Source of the DNA: Octopus sinensis | Lineage: Eukaryota | Length of the DNA stretch: 64,000 nucleotides | Reading direction: 5' to 3' | Assembly: GCF_006345805.1 (NCBI RefSeq) | Contig: NC_042998.1 | Span: 72,354,001-72,418,000, forward strand | Shown: one piece after another, positions 62,358 to 64,000 of the stretch | Layout of the letters: each line of letters starts with the position of its first letter | How positions within the stretch are numbered: position 1 is the first letter of the stretch | Translations under genes and position numbers: made by a program | The notes under the pieces: model-generated | Database searches by the model: none | Told to the model about the DNA's origin: nothing | The model's input: the letters and a program-made list of their open reading frames with translations, nothing else

Positions 62358-62463
62358 GAAATAGGAATTCCGTTGGCAAAAACAAAAACAGAACAGAGGC
62401 GCAGCAAAACGAGCCCATGGCCAAACCTATTTCTTCCTGAAGAGAAAGACACAATATGATCTC
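62328..62463. repeat. Inverted repeat with 38-bp arms (62328-62365, 62426-62463), 1 mismatch, 60-nt spacer
   Basis: GAGACCATATTGTGTCTTTCTCTTCAGGAAGAAATAGG against its reverse complement. Confidence 0.9.
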
Positions 62464-62796
62464 TACTACCTCTGTCAAATGACTTGTAAAAATCGGCCTT
62501 TCGTTTTCTTTTTACAACCTTTGCCTATTTTTTGCTTGGGATATAAGGTACACAAAACGTATTTTGGAATTATGTGTATTTACTTTATACACATATAGTA
62601 GTTGAAATCTCTCTTTTAACATCTCCTCTAACGTCTATGTCCCATGCTGGCATGGGTTGGAGACGTGTAAATATAGAAAGGTGATATCTCAACAACTAGC
62701 AGTTGAGACCTTTGTAATCTAGACGGCATTTAAAAATGATTCCCTTTAACTCGGGTAAAGCCGGGTATTTCTGTTAGTAACATATATATATATTTA

Positions 62797-63218
62797 GAAA
62801 GTGGAGTTGTAAGGTACCGCACGAATGGAATTATATATGAAAGAAGGTTTGAAAATGCAATTTTAAAAGATGTTTAATTACTTTACCGGTTTCACTTTTT
62901 AGAAAAAAGATTGACAAAAGTAACATTTAAAAGTTTGGTTGTGTTAATTATTGGTTGTCACAAAATACTACAATACATATATACCTTCTTTGGTAACAAG
63001 AACATGTTAAGAACACAAAAAATTTTACAAGTTCATTAAAATATTGGGCACAAAAGATTACAACATATATATATACATTCTCAAGAGTATTTTGTAGTAT
63101 TTTGTGACAACCAATAATTAACACAACCAAACTTTTACATGTTACTTTTGACAATCTCTTTCTAAAAAGTGAAACCGCTAAAGTAAATAAACATCTTTTA
63201 AAATTGCATTTTCAAATC

Positions 63219-63222
<4 letters not shown>
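62797..63222. repeat. Repeat X followed by an inverted partial copy of itself (arms about 62843-62978 and 63086-63222)
   Basis: TTTGAAAATGCAATTTTAAAAGATGTTT...TCACAAAATACTAC is mirrored as GTAGTATTTTGTGA...AAACATCTTTTAAAATTGCATTTTCAAA. Confidence 0.85.
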
Positions 63223-63261
<39 letters not shown>

Positions 63262-63266
<5 letters not shown>

Positions 63267-63435
63267 TAATCCAAACATGAAAGCACAAAAAACACAACAA
63301 CGCGAGGACGTGGAACAAGTATAGTATTATATGACGCTCACGAAAGAAGGAAAGAAGGAGGGTTTAACGTTTCGAGCGGAGCTCTTCGTCGAAAACATAG
63401 GAGAAGGAAAGATCCAGAGAAGGGAAGACAGAGGT
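63262..63435 (-). mobile_element. Solo pLTR-like repeat with a minimal hammerhead-like motif (63362-63396)
   Basis: GUUU-UCGACGAA-GAGC(UCC)GCUC-GAA-ACGU-U-AAAC; the 3' end abuts (TA)n at 63222-63262. Confidence 0.55.
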
Positions 63436-63446
63436 ACACACGCGGT

Positions 63447-63479
<33 letters not shown>

Positions 63480-64000
63480 CGCATAAATATTCTATTAAAA
63501 ATGAATTTCAATCTTGCTTGCTTGGAAAGTTACACTGTGAAACAGGCGAATAATGGGAAAATTCTCCGAAAATAACTTACCCTGAAAGGAAAGAAACTAA
63601 TTTTTCCATTAGAGAGATTATGATGGCCATAAGTCTTACTGCCTTACTTTACCTTGCCAACGAATGAATATGAGTTGTTTTATAGTAAATATTTGTATTT
63701 TCGCATTTGTTAAATACAATAATTTAATCATTTAGAAATATTTTTAAGTGTATATGATTTCAAAAATATAAGTTGTTTGTACAGTAAGTATTTATATTTC
63801 AGCCTTCTTTAAACAAACAATACGTTTTTTTAAATAAAAATTTAAATTTAAAAAAAAAACTATTTTGAATTGAATACCATTGCAAAAAATATTACTTTAA
63901 AGCTACGGCAAATATTTCGTTGAAGTAACCTCGGTGTGAAATAATTTTTTTGCATAAGTATTTTTCGAGTGCATTCAACCTATCTCACCTTCAAATATTT

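Overview
AT-rich, microsatellite-dense eukaryotic DNA with no recognisable host gene. The SINE families and repeat landscape suggest an octopus or other coleoid cephalopod; this is an inference, not a database result. Every recognisable coding segment belongs to a retroelement. These are an RTE LINE 5' end (1-1260), a co-oriented pile-up of R4/Dong-type RLE retrotransposons in (TAA)n tracts (8.7-12.3 kb and 18.2-29.9 kb), a CR1-type LINE with an intact 613-aa RT segment (30394-33605), and a Penelope element with inverted ends (48866-50831). The most notable signal is absent from the ORF track: a 544-bp tandem repeat at 34.9-39.3 kb in which each unit carries a minimal type I hammerhead ribozyme fold with a palindromic helix III, a retrozyme-like architecture. 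Several other hammerhead or hammerhead-like motifs occur in solo repeats next to (TA)n tracts or in inverted repeats (39.7, 49.0, 50.7, 52.1, 62.3, 63.4 kb). All folds were paired by eye and none is shown to cleave. Many single-base frameshifts could be sequencing or assembly indels. Element boundaries are approximate unless a junction is described.
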